Both the position numbers and the translations under genes were made by a program. DNA of 64,000 nt from Vicugna vicugna (taxonomy: Eukaryota). The stretch spans positions 7,098,522 through 7,162,521 of the forward strand of contig MU058781.1 of the NCBI GenBank assembly GCA_013265495.1, written 5' to 3'. How positions within the stretch are numbered: position 1 is the stretch's first letter; each line of letters starts with the position of its first letter. Positions 50,150 through 63,830 of the stretch are shown here, in pieces. The notes under the pieces were generated by a model that had not been told where the DNA came from, did no database searches, and saw only the letters and a program-made list of their open reading frames with translations.

Positions 50150-50415
50150 AAACATTTTCCAAGTGTATTCTGCAGGACATTAACATTCTATGAGATCTTA
50201 AAAGATGCTCTGTAAAAAAAAGGTCTTTGAAGCAGAGAGAGTTTGGGTTAAATGTGGTTAACCAGGTGTATTTTAGTAAAATACTAAAGCTTGCTTACTT
50301 TACTGGCAGCTTCTAAAAGCTGCTGATAAGCTTGTGTGCGTGGTCACTCAGAGCACCTAATTGTAGAACATGTACAACATCTCCTGTTCTGCAGACATGG
50401 TTTAGAAAATGTTGT
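50150..50415. mobile_element. hAT-Charlie-type remnant
   Basis: ttttccaagtgtattctgcaggacat ... ttctgcagacatggtttagaaaatg degenerate TIR-like ends. Confidence 0.45.
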
Positions 50416-52784
50416 TGTGAAGCATTATGTGCAAATTCCAGGGAAGGTGAAAGAAGAGAAAGTTAAAATTTCCATTCTGCTAAGGGGGATGGAAAAGTCA
50501 AGTGAGACTGATTATGTTCCGCACCTTCTACTACTGTAGACTCCTCGCATGTGAAGCTAGATCTCTGACAGCAATCCTCTACATGCAGAGACAGTATCTG
50601 CCTGCCCCAGGGTAGAGGGGACAGAGTTCCCTTGAGCACAGTGCACAGTGGACAAACCCAGTGATCTCTTTCCTGAACCTAGGGGTTCTGGGGAGGCTGT
50701 AGGAAGGATGTCCTTTACAGGCAAGTGTCAGGCCACGGGTCTTAGAAGTGTGGGGCTTGTAGTGGGCTGGATGGTGGTCTTCCTTCCCAGTAGGAGATGT
50801 ATTGTCCCTGCACCTCTGAATGTGACCTTGTTTGTAAATATCTTTGTCGATGTAACTATGCTGATTAGAAAATGCCATAAAAACCATTGACTGGTGAGAC
50901 ATAAATGTGATTTTCATTGAACAAGGTGCAGAGAGAAATGGGTGAGGCAGTATGACACAATGTGTCGGTGGGACCCATTGTGGATGATTGCAGAAAAAGA
51001 AGAAAGTTATAACCTAGGAATGTCCCATTCAACACTGAAACGTGAAGTCATTTCGAGAATGGAGAAGTGGTTGGTTTGCGTCTGCGTGGTGAAAACTAAT
51101 AAAAGTAGGAATAGATGCGGAAGGTGCTCATTCTGCCAGATTATCATGCTTATTCTTGTCAGCTGTATAAAGATTTCAAATATTCAATGGTATGTAGGAG
51201 TGAAGTATCATTCAAGACTGAGCTTCCCCCAAGGGCTGTTAGATTTGCTTTAGTGTAAGTTCACAGGACGTCAGCTACGATTACTTTAGGGATCATAACG
51301 ACCTGTTGAACAAAGGCTACTTTGGGACAACAGCCCCTTTGGTTTATCAGGGCTGTACTTCCCTGTGATGTATTCTCATGTGATTAGATTGATGTCTGGC
51401 TTCCGACTCTTCTGAGGCTTGAAAGAGGATTAGATCACTCATTCCCCACTGGTCATTTCTCCCTGTAGATGGGAGAATCAGTGCTAATTGATACTTTTAT
51501 ATTTAATTACACTTAATTTCTTCTGTCTGGCTGCCCTGAAACCAAGAAGAGGAAAACAGTGTTCTACATGCAAATCTTCTAACATAAACATTTCTTAACC
51601 TCATTTGCTTCAGGATTTGTTCAAATATGGGATCCTTGAGATAAAGAACAGTTCATAGTGGCTTTGTATCTGTATTTGGTCCTGTCTCTTGAGTCCCTCT
51701 TTCTGGAAACCATCTTTGCATTTTCTGTGATGGGAATTCCCTCATTCTCTTCTTCCCTGAAATTTAACTCTTCCGTATTCATTAGTGTTGTAATCATTTC
51801 CCAGTCCTTTTGTTAGTTTGCTAAAATTAATTCCGTAACCGTAGGTCCCTGTCTCCCCCTTTGAACCACCAGACACAGGGCTCTGGTCACAGTGCTCTTT
51901 CAATGGCTTTGATGGCATCACTCCTCCTTCAGAACCCTGGTACTTTCTACTTCCTTCTGGATAAAGTTCCCAAGTTGGTCCCAACTCACCCTGCCTGATT
52001 TCCTCCTATTCCCTGTACCCATCAAGCTGTTTTATTTGCTCTCTCCCCAGTGTCCTGCATTTTCTTCATCTGGAACTTCCATATACTCCTCCCTATCTCT
52101 CTCATCATTCATGAAGTACAGCCCGTCTCTCTGGAATGCCTTCCTTGACTGCTTTGGTTAAATGAGGTCCTCCTTTAACACCCTATGAGTTTATTGTAAA
52201 TTGCACTGACTTGGCAGTTTTAGGCATCTCCCCAGTGCATACATCTCCCCTTTTCATACACTTCTCTTACTTCACTGTATATAAGCTTCATGGACGCAGC
52301 CCCGTGTATTTCAGATTGCTCAGCTGTAAAACTGAGGGCTAGATTAATTATTTTAAAGATCCCTTTTTGTTGTATGATTTCTCAGGAAGATATAATATTA
52401 GAAGTGGGCTAGCAAATGACTGTTTTTCCTTTAAATATTGTGTCCATTCTGTTTGGTAATCTACCTTTTATTTGTACATAGCATTTTTCACTTTGCTCAC
52501 ATGCATTACATTGTTTGATCCTCACATCTACCTTGTAAAATGTCGAGTAAATATTAGCTGCCTTTTACATGTTAGAACTTGAGGGCTGTTGAAGTTAAGT
52601 GACAAATCTTCGAGTCCCTGGAGGAGTCACTGGGTCTGGTGCTCCCTGGCCTGCTGCTCCCCTGATCAAGATGCCACATGATCTTCTCTTCACTTCATGC
52701 CTCACAACTACCAGCCCAACCTTCACAAAGCACCTTTATGTTCCTCTTATTCTCAGCCATCTGCACTTAGGGGCAGAGGGTTAG

Positions 52785-53148
52785 AGAAGGTATCACAGAT
52801 TTGAATACCTAAAAGGGCCAGGCAAGGTAAGTTAATGAGTGAAGCGGGGTCAGAACCCCATGGCTGGGAAGGGGTTGGGGAGCGGGGGACTGTGGCAAGT
52901 GGAAGAGCACATATCCTCTCTGGAGGGAGGATCCCTTTTCTGCTGAGCCCTTTGTTGCCACTCAGGAATGCTGGCCCAGGTTTGCTAAATTTTCAGTTTT
53001 TCAAGGAAAGCTGGAAATATATATTTTAATGGGAAATCTACATTTTAAGATACTCAAAATAAATGAAAAAAATTAAAATCCTGTGAAGCCAAAACACACA
53101 TCTATAGGTAGTATTTGGTCCCATTGATCCTCAAGTTGGGGACCTTTG
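52785..53148. mobile_element. MER102-like hAT element
   Basis: gggccaggcaaggtaagttaatgagtgaagcggg...ttttcaaggaaagctggaaat...gccaaaacacacatct. Confidence 0.55.
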
Positions 53149-53289
53149 GTTTGGAGGTATGAGCCATGTTTAACTAACTCTGTTAACTTCCTCCCCCCAC
53201 CCCCCAAATCCTATGATGTGATTTGGTGAATTTTGTTGAATTTTGCTACTTTTATTAAAAGTTTGGTATAAATACCATAAATAGAATAG

Positions 53290-53510
53290 CAACCAATTAT
53301 TGAATGCCTGCAATGTTCCAGGGAGTATGCTTGGTGCTCAACACACATCATCACTAATTCTCTTAGCCACTTTATGAGGTATCTGTTATTATCCTTATTT
53401 TACAGGTGAGGGAGCCGAAGTGCAGGGCTGACTTAATTTGCTAAGACCACATAGTAAGTAGTGGAACCAGGATCAAAGCCACTTTCTGGCCTCAAAGTGT
53501 GTTCTTACTC
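53290..53510 (-). mobile_element. MIR SINE
   Basis: ttattgaatgcctgcaatgttccagg...tatgaggta...ttttacaggtgaggga...agtggaaccaggatcaaagcc. Confidence 0.8.
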
Positions 53511-55179
53511 TTTATTTATTACACCATGTTACCAGCATCCTCAGAGAAGAGAGAGAAAAGGTGGAATGAAAATGTGGTACTTCTGTATCATGAAACAAGT
53601 TAGAAGTGTGGCCTCTCTGTATGGAGAACTTAAACAGATGTAATCTTTCCTTTCTTTCCTTTCTTTTGGTAGTAGAAGAGGTATGCTTTTCTTTGTGAAC
53701 ATGGGGAGGGAGGGGAGAGAAAAGGAGATGGCTCACAGTAGGATGAGATCCTCTTTTCTTTTAAAAACTCTAAGCCAGCAATAGGGTCCCAACCAACTAG
53801 CGTTTGGCCTGTGTTTTCAGATTGTCTGCTTTGACCATAATATCCTGTGAGATGGCCACTAGCTTACTACTGCTGTCTTTTACTTCTGTTTTCAAAAAGC
53901 AGAGATCTCGGGGAAAAAAAGATCTTTTGTTTAAGATCTGAAGTCAAGTCCAGATATAACAAGATCCCACTAACTTCCTCCACCCCCTAGGGTTTAAAAC
54001 CAAATTCCCTCTGCCCAGATGGCTGCTACAGAAAGACAGAGCATTCCCCCACTGCTTCCTCTTTGTGTTGGCTGCCCAATGATTACAGCTAATGACTCCC
54101 AGCTGTACTGCCTCCGAAGACTAGGGGAAGATGAATCTTTGAAAAATCGTTTAATAACAAGACTCCTCCAGGGATGGGTGGGTCTGATGTCAATCCTGTT
54201 GGAGCACTCACTCATTCAGAATCTAGCTGGATGGTGTGACTCGGAGAGAGGAGGGTTGCTATGTGCATTTTGAAGCCCTCTTGGTGTTCCCTCTGAGAAT
54301 CTGATTGACTCAATTTCCTAATGTTGGTTGAAAAAACAATTCATCTCCAAAATACTAAAAAAAAAAAAAGTTAAATATGTGTAATATGTATTTCAGCTCC
54401 AATTTATAGAATTTGAAGTATCTTTTAGGGCTGTGACTTTTTCCAAATCAAGTATACTTTAGGATAAATCTCTTTGGAGGATTTTTTTTTTCTTATTTAT
54501 TTATTTATTTATTTATTTATTGGGAGGATTTTCTAACATGTTTATGTATCATACAAATAATTTGATGTCTACAAAATTTTAAAACTTGACATCCTGGAGT
54601 TTCCCCTTTGTCTCTGAAATACCAGATTCTTTGAAAGATTGACTAAATACTATGACCCAGCAGGGAGAAGAAACAATGATCAAAGGATACTAGTCATGGA
54701 AACTATGGATAACAGACTTGTACAGATTGGATGCTCTTATCTTCTCCCCCACCCTCTTCCTCCTCCTTTTCTCCTTCCCTTTCCCCCCTTTTTTCCTTTC
54801 TTCCTTTTCTTCAGTAACAAAAATAACAATATGAATTGCTGGGTAGGTGGATGGGGGGAGGGGGGATTAAAGATTTTTACCAATCTAAAATTTGATGGTT
54901 TTCTCAAACTCTTCTAGAAGTATTTGATGGTATTTAGAATCCCTCTTCCTCCATACAGTCTTCCCCTAAAGCTGCAGACAAGATTTTTTTCCTATATGCC
55001 CATACTGAACGTCTCCTGTGAGGCAAGCTGGGTGTGGGGTTAGATACATTAAGCCACTCATTCGTTACTTCATGTTCTTTGAGAACACTGGCTGAAGAAA
55101 TCACATTCTTGAGCAGTTGATTGCTATGTTGTCTAGTTCTGTAATGATTTCTTTGTGGATCATTGTATCTTTCTAGGAG

Positions 55180-55390
55180 GTGATGTGGGTTAGTGGAAAG
55201 AGCATGAGCTCTTGCTTCAGAGATAAGTTTGAACTTTGACATGCCTCTTGCTTAAACTTTCTGAGCTTTACTTTCTTCATCTGTAAAATGGAACTTGCAG
55301 CGTTGTTGTGTGAAACAGCATCATGTTGGGATAAAGGCAGGTTGTTTTGTAGGCCTCCTGTTAAATGCTTTAATTATGGTCTTTATTATT
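55180..55390 (+). mobile_element. MIR SINE
   Basis: tagtggaaagagcatgagct...tttctgagctttactttcttcatctgtaaaatgg. Confidence 0.7.
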
Positions 55391-55552
55391 ATGCTTTCTG
55401 TTCATTATGTATTATATGCTTATATGTATATGTGTGTGTGTGTGTGTGTATATAAAGTCAGGCAGAGAAAGTTTTTATAGTGTTTTCTGTTGGCTCAAAG
55501 CAAGAGAGATAGTGGAATGTGGATTTCTACTATAAGGTGTTCACAATTTTAG

Positions 55553-55663
55553 GCCGGGGGAGGTAATTAGATTTACTTATTTTTATAGGAGGTCCCAGGG
55601 ATTGAACCCAGGACCTCGTGCATGCTAAGTATCCTCTCTACCACTTGAGCTACACCCTCCCCC
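55553..55663 (-). mobile_element. Camelid tRNA-derived SINE (vic-1-like), short tail
   Basis: gggggaggtaattag...ggattgaacccaggacctcgtgcatgctaag...gagctacaccctcccc; 19-bp TSD with 2 mismatches aaggtgttcacaattttag (55534-55552) / aaggtgtttacagttttag (55664-55682). Confidence 0.9.
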
Positions 55664-56267
55664 AAGGTGTTTACAGTTTTAGTCTTATTTTCATCTTGTT
55701 TTAATTTTCAGAATAATCATAAGAGGTAGATACCATTGAATCCATTTTAAAGCCAGGAAATTAAGTCTTGGAAGGGTTAAGCCCTTTTTTGGGAGTATTT
55801 TCCATCATGGTTACGTTATATAAATTTGAAAACTTGATACTATTTTATTTCTATTTTGGCTTTGAAATATTAAATCTTCTGAAAGGTTGTGTTCAAGTAC
55901 TTGTTCCATTCAGGGTTCTGTTCTAGTCAAGAGCACAATTAAATGTGCATAGCATGTCCTAGGGAAGCAGAGTCAATGGAAGAGGCCTGCTGCTGCCTTA
56001 TGGTTGCTACTAAGCATTAAGCCCTTAGAGTGCCGAGAAGATTTTCAGCTTGATTCAGGGGCTGGTTCTCTTGGGAATAAGTTCAGTAAGAGTGAAAGAT
56101 AACTTACCATGGGAAGCTTGTTTAAGATTCTGACTTCAGTAATCTCTTCTTTCTAAATATGTGTAAAATCCAGAGAAGAATGTTGCATAGTATTATGAAT
56201 GAATACTGTTTTTGCCAGTTTACTGAAGGGGCAGATGAGGAGCTTAGCCCTGTGTGGAAGTAGCTTG

Positions 56268-56442
56268 CCTCTCTCCCTTCCCCTTCCGTCCTTTCTACCT
56301 CTCCTTCCTTCCTCCTGCTCCTTCCTTCCTCCCTCCCTTTCTTTCTCTCTTTCGTCTGTTCTTTCTTTCTTTCCTTTTCCCTTCCTCTCCCCTTCTCTCT
56401 CCCCCTCATTCTCTTCCCTTCTTACCTTCCCTTCCTACCCTC
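56268..56442. repeat. CT-rich low-complexity tract
   Basis: About 170 bp of almost pure C/T. Confidence 0.85.
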
Positions 56443-56444
56443 TT

Positions 56445-56833
56445 GTTTGTTATTTGGCTGGGGCTGTGTGCTTCACACACTTACTACCTCTTCCTTCTAT
56501 AGTCAAACCCTGTTTCCTGGTTATAAAGGGGGGCATATCATCTACATTAAGCCAGTCAAATTCGCTCAACTGGGAATTTGAATATTGAGTGAAGACACCA
56601 GGGACAAAGAGCAACTAGAGCTGGGTCATGCGGTGGCTGGACCTTAGCTGGGCAGTGTATGGAGGGGCCCCTGCTGCTGACTCCCAGGGCTGCCGTGGTT
56701 TTTGCTCTTCCTGGGGCCTGATTGCTTACCTCTTCCATAATTTGGTGAGCTGTCTCAGTATCTTTCTAATACATTGTTGTGCTTAAATTAATCAGAGTTC
56801 ATGTTGCTTAAAACCAAAGAACATTAACTGACT
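56445..56833 (+). mobile_element. ERVL LTR (LTR33/LTR16-like)
   Basis: 3' end gcttaaattaatcagagtt...gttgcttaaaaccaaagaacattaactgacta. Confidence 0.5.
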
Positions 56834-56849
56834 AGACATATATTATCTA

Positions 56850-57010
56850 TCTTAATCGTCATGCCAATCCTACATAGTAGGTATTATATGTCACATTTTA
56901 CAGATGAGAAAGTGAAGTTTTTGAGGATAAATAAGTTGCTCAAGATCATACTGTTAAGAAAACTGGTGTTAAAACTGGTGTTCAAATTCAGTTCTTCTGA
57001 CTGAAAAGTC
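56850..57010 (-). mobile_element. MIR SINE
   Basis: gtaggtattat...cattttacagatgagaaagtgaag...ttgctcaagatcatac. Confidence 0.75.
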
Positions 57011-57059
57011 AGTATTGTATATACTATCCTTTAATGGCTTAAAATTCCAAAAAAAGTTG

Positions 57060-58750
57060 GAAAAAATATTTACAATGTTTGAGACACTCCACAAAACTTT
57101 AAGGTATAAAGAGTTCTTAAGAAATCAGTGAGGAAAAACAACATAGAAATAGAAAAACTGGGCAAAGAACATGAATACACATTTCTCAAAGAATTAATAA
57201 CGATGTGTCATTCATGTAGAAAAAGTTTAACCTTATCAATAATACAGAGAATGCAAATTAAAGCAATGGCATACCATTTTAAACCTTATTGATAAAAAAG
57301 GCCAAAACTAAGTTTTGGCTAAAGTTTGGTAAAAACCTTTTCCTTGTTATAGGCCAAAGTAAAAATCTATGCAAACCTTGAGAGAGGAAAAATCTTTCAA
57401 ATACATTTAGAATTCCAAATTTGTTCAAAACATTTGATTTAGACATTTGTTCTATGGAAATAATCAGAGATATACTGAAAGATTTATGTCCTAGGGTATT
57501 TATCACATTAATTATAATAGCAAAAGTAAAGAGCAAAGTAAATGTCTAAAACTAAATGTCTATGGTATGACACTAAGTTTAAAAGAAGCAGGAGATCCAA
57601 ATAGTCACTCACTCAAGAATTATTTATTGAGTATGTATAATGTGCAAGGCACATTCTAGGCATTGGAGAGACTGCAGTGAGCAATATAAAATGTTTGTTC
57701 TCATGAGCTTACATTCTAATGGGGAGACAGTAAACAAATACACATATGATTATGATCAATGTATGGATAAATATAAAACCGAGTCAAGGGGTTAGAAAGT
57801 GATTTAAAGAAGGCGACACACGAATCAAGATCTGAATGAAGCCCAAGAATAAGTTATGTAAAGATACAGGATATATCCATAAGCTACTGCCGTAATAATA
57901 TTGGATATAAACCACCACAAAACTCAGTGGTTTAAAATAAGTTAAAATAATTTGTTCTCTCCACAATTTATTCTCTCTGAAGTAGGGAGACAGAGCTTAG
58001 CTGATTCAGCCTGGGCTTGGCAGGGCTTGGTGCCGAGTTGGAAATTATGCCCAGGCCTGCGTCCTGTGAGTCTCATCCCTCTAAGCTGGGGCGTGTTCTC
58101 CTGGTGGTGATGACAGAGGCACAAGAGGAGAAACCCTGCCACCCCAGCATATTGCAAACTGTTATTTGAGACATGTTTGCTAACATTCCACTGCAAATTT
58201 CAAAGCATATCACCCCAACAAGCCAAATATCAGTGGGACAGGGAAGCATATTCCATCTAGAATGGGAGAAGTGAGTGAGTATTTGATGAACAATAATTAC
58301 ATGAGAGAAGAGCATCCTGGGAAGGAAAAAGAGCGTGTGCAAAAGTACTGTGTTGGAAGCAAGCTTGGCCTCACAAGAGGCTAGTGAGGTTTAACAGAAT
58401 AGGTGGTGGGGAGAGGGAGAGGAGATGAGGCAGCAGGCCTACATCATACAGGGTCTCTGAGGCCAAGGTTTGGTGAAGAGTTTAGACTTTATCTGAGGGT
58501 ATTAGAAAGGCATTGGAGGTTTTCAGCAGATAAATGACAATCTAATTTACATGTGAGTAACATGACCCTAATTTTATATAAAAAGATATATGTCTGCCAT
58601 AAGAAAAAGATTGAAAGAATATATACCCATACAGACGTAAACAATGGCTATCTCTCAACAGTATGATTATGTATAATTTCATACTGAATTATTTATACTC
58701 TGTCATAATTTCCAAATATTAAGAATAATCATGAATTGATTTTTCAAACA
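57060..58750 (+). mobile_element. L1ME-like fragment interrupted by L2 (about 57605-58560), itself interrupted by an MLT1 LTR (about 57870-58300)
   Basis: L1: aaaactgggcaaagaacatgaat...gaatgcaaattaaagcaa; L2: tatttattgagtatgtataatgtgcaaggcacattctagg...ggaggttttcagcag; MLT1: accaccacaaaactcagtggtttaaaat...tgctaacattccactg. Confidence 0.6.
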
Positions 58751-59474
58751 TTAAAAAACATCATCTTAAGATTGAAAGAAGCTCTCTAAGAAAATTAATT
58801 GGCAAAGTACCTCAGTAGCCTAGTAAGCTACTTTAAGCTCTAGTTTCTCTGGTCTCTACACTTGGAAGAGCTGGTGTGTTAAAGTCAAATTATATTTGAT
58901 CATGTTTGGGTATATCTGTATCCATTGATATATAGAATAAATATATACTTAAATAGTAGCATATCTTTCTTTTTGTTATAGAATGTTTCACATTATAGAA
59001 AAGTATAGATACTAATATAAAAAATGTGTTTACCACCCAGCTCATTCATATAATAACTTGAAAAATTTGCTTCAGATCTATTTTTCTCCCTACCTCCTTT
59101 CTCCCTTCCAAGTTAAAATCTTACAGATACAGTTGAAGCCCCTGTAACTAACCTGATCCCATTCCTCTCCTGCCATCTGCAGAGGTAACAAGTATCCTGA
59201 ACATGGAGTTTTAATTCTTGTGAATATTTTATACCTATACTGTATGTTATCCATAAATAATTTATAACATTGCTTTGCCTGTTTTCCATCTCTGTTAAAT
59301 GTGTTCTGTGCTTCTTTAGCTTCTCACTCAAATGCATTAATACACGTGCTCTGGTGCATTTAAACTGCTATAGAGTGTCCAGCTGTATAAAAAAATCACA
59401 GACATGTTTCCTTGTGAAAGTTTCTCCATAGAATATATACTTAGGTGTGGCATCACTGAGTGGCATAAGTCCTT

Positions 59475-62400
59475 TTAAAATTTTTTATTGAGATTTAATT
59501 CACATACTATGATACGTGTCCACTTAAAGTGTACAGTGATTTTCAATATATTCACAGAATCTACAGCCATCAGTGCCATCTAATTTTAGAATTTTTTTGT
59601 ACTAAGAAATCCAGTATCCACTGACAGTCACTCTCCATTCTCCCTTCCCTACAGCCTCCAGGATCTACTTACCAATCTACTTTCTGTCTCTATGGATTTA
59701 CCTTAGAGTACCTTGGACACTTGGAACAATACAATATGTAGCCTTTTGTGTTTGGCTTCTTTCACTTAGCATAATGTTTTCAGGGTTCATCTATGTTGTA
59801 GCATATAGCAGCATTTCATTTCTTTTATGACTGAATAATATACTATTGAATGGATATACCACATTTTGTTTATCCATTCATCAGTTGATGGACATTTAGG
59901 TTATTTCCACTTTTTGGCTATTATAAGTAGTGCTGCTTTGAACATCTGTGTACAAATTTTTGTGTGTTTTGAATTCTCTTGGGTGTGTTTCTAGGAGTGG
60001 ATTATTGGGTCATATGATAAATATATGTTTAACTATTTGAGGAGCTGCTGAACTGTTTTCCAAAGTGGCTGTAACATTTTACATTCCCACCAGCAGTATA
60101 TAAGGACTCCAGTTTCTCTGCATCCTAAAGACATTGTCTGTCCTTTTGATTGTAGCCATCTTAGTGAGTATGAAGTGATATCTCATTGTGATATTGACTT
60201 GCATTTTCCTAATGACTAATGATGTGAAGCATTTTTTCATGTGCTTATTGGCCATCTGTTTATATTCTTTCAAGAAATGCTCATTCAAATCCTTTGGCCA
60301 TAATAAAAGTGGGTTATTTGTCTTTTATTGTTGAGTTATAAGAGTTTTTATGTATTCTGGATATTAGTCCCTTATCAGATGTATTATTTGCAAATATTTT
60401 CTTCTTTCAGGGCGTTGTATTCACATTCTTGATATTGTCATATGAAACACAAAAGTTTTTAATTTTGAAGAAGTCTAATTTATCTATTTTTATTGTTTTT
60501 GCCTGCGTTTTTGGTATCACTTCTAGGAAACCATTGACTAACCTAAAGGTCATGAAGATTAATGCCTGTGTTTTCTTCCAGTAGTTTATAGGTTTGTCTC
60601 TTCCATTTAGGTATTTGGTTCATTCTGAGTTAATTCTGGTTTGTGGTGTCAGGTTGAGATCTAACTTTATTCTTCTGTGTGTGATATCCAGTTGTCCCAG
60701 CACTATCAGGTGACAAGGCTATTCTTTCTCCATTGAGTTATCTTTGCATACTTGTCAGAAATCAATTGATCGAAAGTGTATGGGTTTACTTCTGAATTCT
60801 CCATTTTATTCCATTGTTCTATTTATCTATCCTTATGAAAGTACCATACAGTCTTGATTAATGTGGCTTTGTAGTATGTTTTGAAATCAGGAAATGTGAG
60901 TCTTCTAACTTTGTAATTCTTTTTCAAGATTGTTTTTGAATATTTTGCTTCTCATGCATTTCCATATGAAGTTTAGGGTCAGATTTTCAATTTGTGCAAA
61001 AAAGACAACTTGGATTTTGACAGACATTGTATTGAGTCTGTAGATTGATTTGGGGAATATATTCATCTTAAAGTATTTAATTCTTCAATACATGGACTCA
61101 GGATATCTTTCCATTTTGTAGATACTCTTTAATTTCTTTCAATGATGTTTTGTAGTTTTTAGTGTATAGATTTTACACTGTTTTTGGTTAGATTTTTTCC
61201 TAAGCATTTATCCTTTTTATTGCTATTATAAATAAAATTGTCTTCTTATTTTCATTTTCAGATTGTTTATTACTAATGTATAGATGTACAGTTGACTTTG
61301 CACATTGATCTTATATCTTAATCTCTTGCTAAATGCATTTACTAGTTCTCATAGTTTTTTTTGTGTGTGGTACATTATGATTTTTCTCTTTATAAGAAGA
61401 CTATGTCATCTGCAGATAGACATAATTTTACTTCTTTTTTTTGAATCTGGATGACTTTATTTTCTTACCTAATTGTCATAGCTAGAATCTCTAATACAAT
61501 GTTGACTCAAAGTGATAAGAATGGACATCTTTGTATTATCTCTGATCTTTCAAGCTTTTAGTCTTTCACCATGAAATATGATATTTGCTGCGTTTCTTTT
61601 CTTTTTTTAAAATAGGTGCCCTTTATTATGCCCTTCTATTCCTAATTTGTTGAATGTTTTTGTCATGTAAGGTTTTAGATTTTGTCCATTGCTTTTTCTG
61701 TATCTGTATGGATGATCAGCTGGCTTTTAACTGTTTTTTCTTCTAATATGGTGCTGCATTGATTAATTTTTATATGTTGATCCCTTCTTGTATTCTTAGG
61801 ATAATTTCCCCTTGGTCATATAGTGTATATAATCCTTTTTATATGTTGCTGAATTTTGTTTGCTAGTATTTTTTCAGGATTTTTACATTGCTATTCATAA
61901 GGAATATTGGTTGGTAGTTTTCTAATCATGAGTGTCTAGTTTTGGTTTCAAGGCAGTATTGGACTCATAGAAGGAGTTAGGAAGTGTTTTTTCCTCTTCT
62001 ATTTTTTTGAAGAGTTTGTGAAATATTTATATGAATTCTTTGAATATTTGATAGTACTGAGTGGTGGAGCCATCTAATCCTGGGAGTTTCTGGTCACTAA
62101 TGCCATCATATTATTTGTTATAGGCCTATTCATATTTTCTATTTCTCTTGAGTTAATTTTAGTAGTGTCTATCTTCCTAGAGATTTGTTCATTTTATTTG
62201 GATTATCTAATTTGTTGACATATATAATTTTTCATAGTATTCTCTTACAATTTTTTCTATTTCTATGAAGTTCAATCCTTTAAAAATTTGAGACTTGCTT
62301 TGTGGGCTAACATAGAGAGTGTTCCACGTGCACTTGAGAAGAATGTGTATACTTTTCTTGTTGGGTGGAGTGTTTTATAAATATGTATTAGGTCTAGTTG

Positions 62401-63830
62401 GTATATGGTGTTGTTCAAGTGTTCTGTTTCCTTATTGATCTTCTGTCTAATTGTTCCACTAATTATGGGATAAGAAAAAGTCTCCAACTGTTGTTGAAAT
62501 GTCAGTTTGTCTCTTCAATTCTGTCAATTTTTATTTCATGTACTTTGGGGTTCTGTTATAATTGTGATGTTTTCTTGATTAATTCATCTTTTTGTCATTA
62601 TAAAATGTCCTTCTTTATCTCTAGTAACAATTTTGATTTTAAAGTCTATTGTGCCTTGTATTAGTGTAGCCACTCCAGCTCTCTTTGGACTGCTCTTGGC
62701 ATTGTATGTCTTTTCCCATCTTTTTGCTTTTAATCTATTTGTGTCTTTGAATCTAAAAATGTATACTTTGTAGACAGTGAATAATTTATATTTGGTTCAT
62801 TTTTTCTATTTTTATTCATTCTGCCCATCTTTGTCTTTGGATTGAAATGTTTAGTCCATTTATATTTAATGTATTGCTGATAAGTTAAAATTTATATCTA
62901 TCATTGCTATTGTTTTTATAAGACTTATACATTTTCTGTTCATCACTTCCTCCATTGCTGCCTGCTTTTGGATTAAGCAGATAATTTTTAGTATACCATT
63001 TTAATTTTTATGTTTCTTTGCCTACATATTTTTGAGTTATTACTGAGTTGTATTGGGCATTATAATTGACATCTTAATTTTTAGCAATCTAAGTCAGATT
63101 AATAAAGCTTAATTAGAAGGATATAAAAATACTTATTTCTATATAACTCCATTCTCTCCTTCCTTTTGGTGCTGACATTGCCATGCAAATTACATTTTTA
63201 TACATTCTATACCCATGAATACAAAATTGTAATTATTGATTTATGTAGTTGTCTTTTAAGTTAAATAGGGGGAAAAGGTATATGTTACAAACAAAAAATG
63301 CAGTTATGCTGTCTTTTATATTTAGCTTTGGAATTGCCTTTATTTCATTATACCTTTATTTCTTCATGTAAATTTGAGTTGTTCTCTAGGGTCTTTTAAT
63401 TTCAGCCTGAAAGACTCACTTTAGTATTTCTTGTAGGGTAGGTCTGCTAGTGACACATTCAGCTTCTGTTTATCTGAGAATGTCTTGTTTTCTCCTTTGT
63501 TTTTGAAGAACAGTTTTGCTGGATATAGCTTTCTTGGTTGACAGCTGTTCTTTCTTCACTTTGAATGAGTCATCCTACTGTTTTCTATCTCCATGGTTTC
63601 TGATGAGAAATCACTGTTAATCTTATTGAAGACCCATTGTACATGATGAGTTGTTTCTCTCTTGCTACTTTCAGCAAAAAAGTAGCAAGACTTCTGACAG
63701 TTTGATTATGTGTCTAGGTGTGGATATCTTTGAGTTTCTCTTACTTGGAGTTCATTGAGCTTCTTGGAAATGTATATTAATGTTTTTCATCAGATTTGGG
63801 AAGTTTTCTGCCTTTTATTTCTTCAAATAT
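59475..63830 (-). mobile_element. Long old L1 (L1MB-like): 3' UTR, decayed ORF2 and part of the ORF1/inter-ORF region
   Basis: Peptides HMKKCFTSLVIRKMQVNITMRYH (60079-60288) and endonuclease RQKINKETEHLNNTIYQLDLIHIYKTLHP (62272-62487); 3' end ttttttattgagatttaattcacatac; many stops and frameshifts. Confidence 0.93.

Noticed and set aside
56122..56588. ORFs of 82-129 aa
   Set aside because: Products of a CT/GA low-complexity tract.
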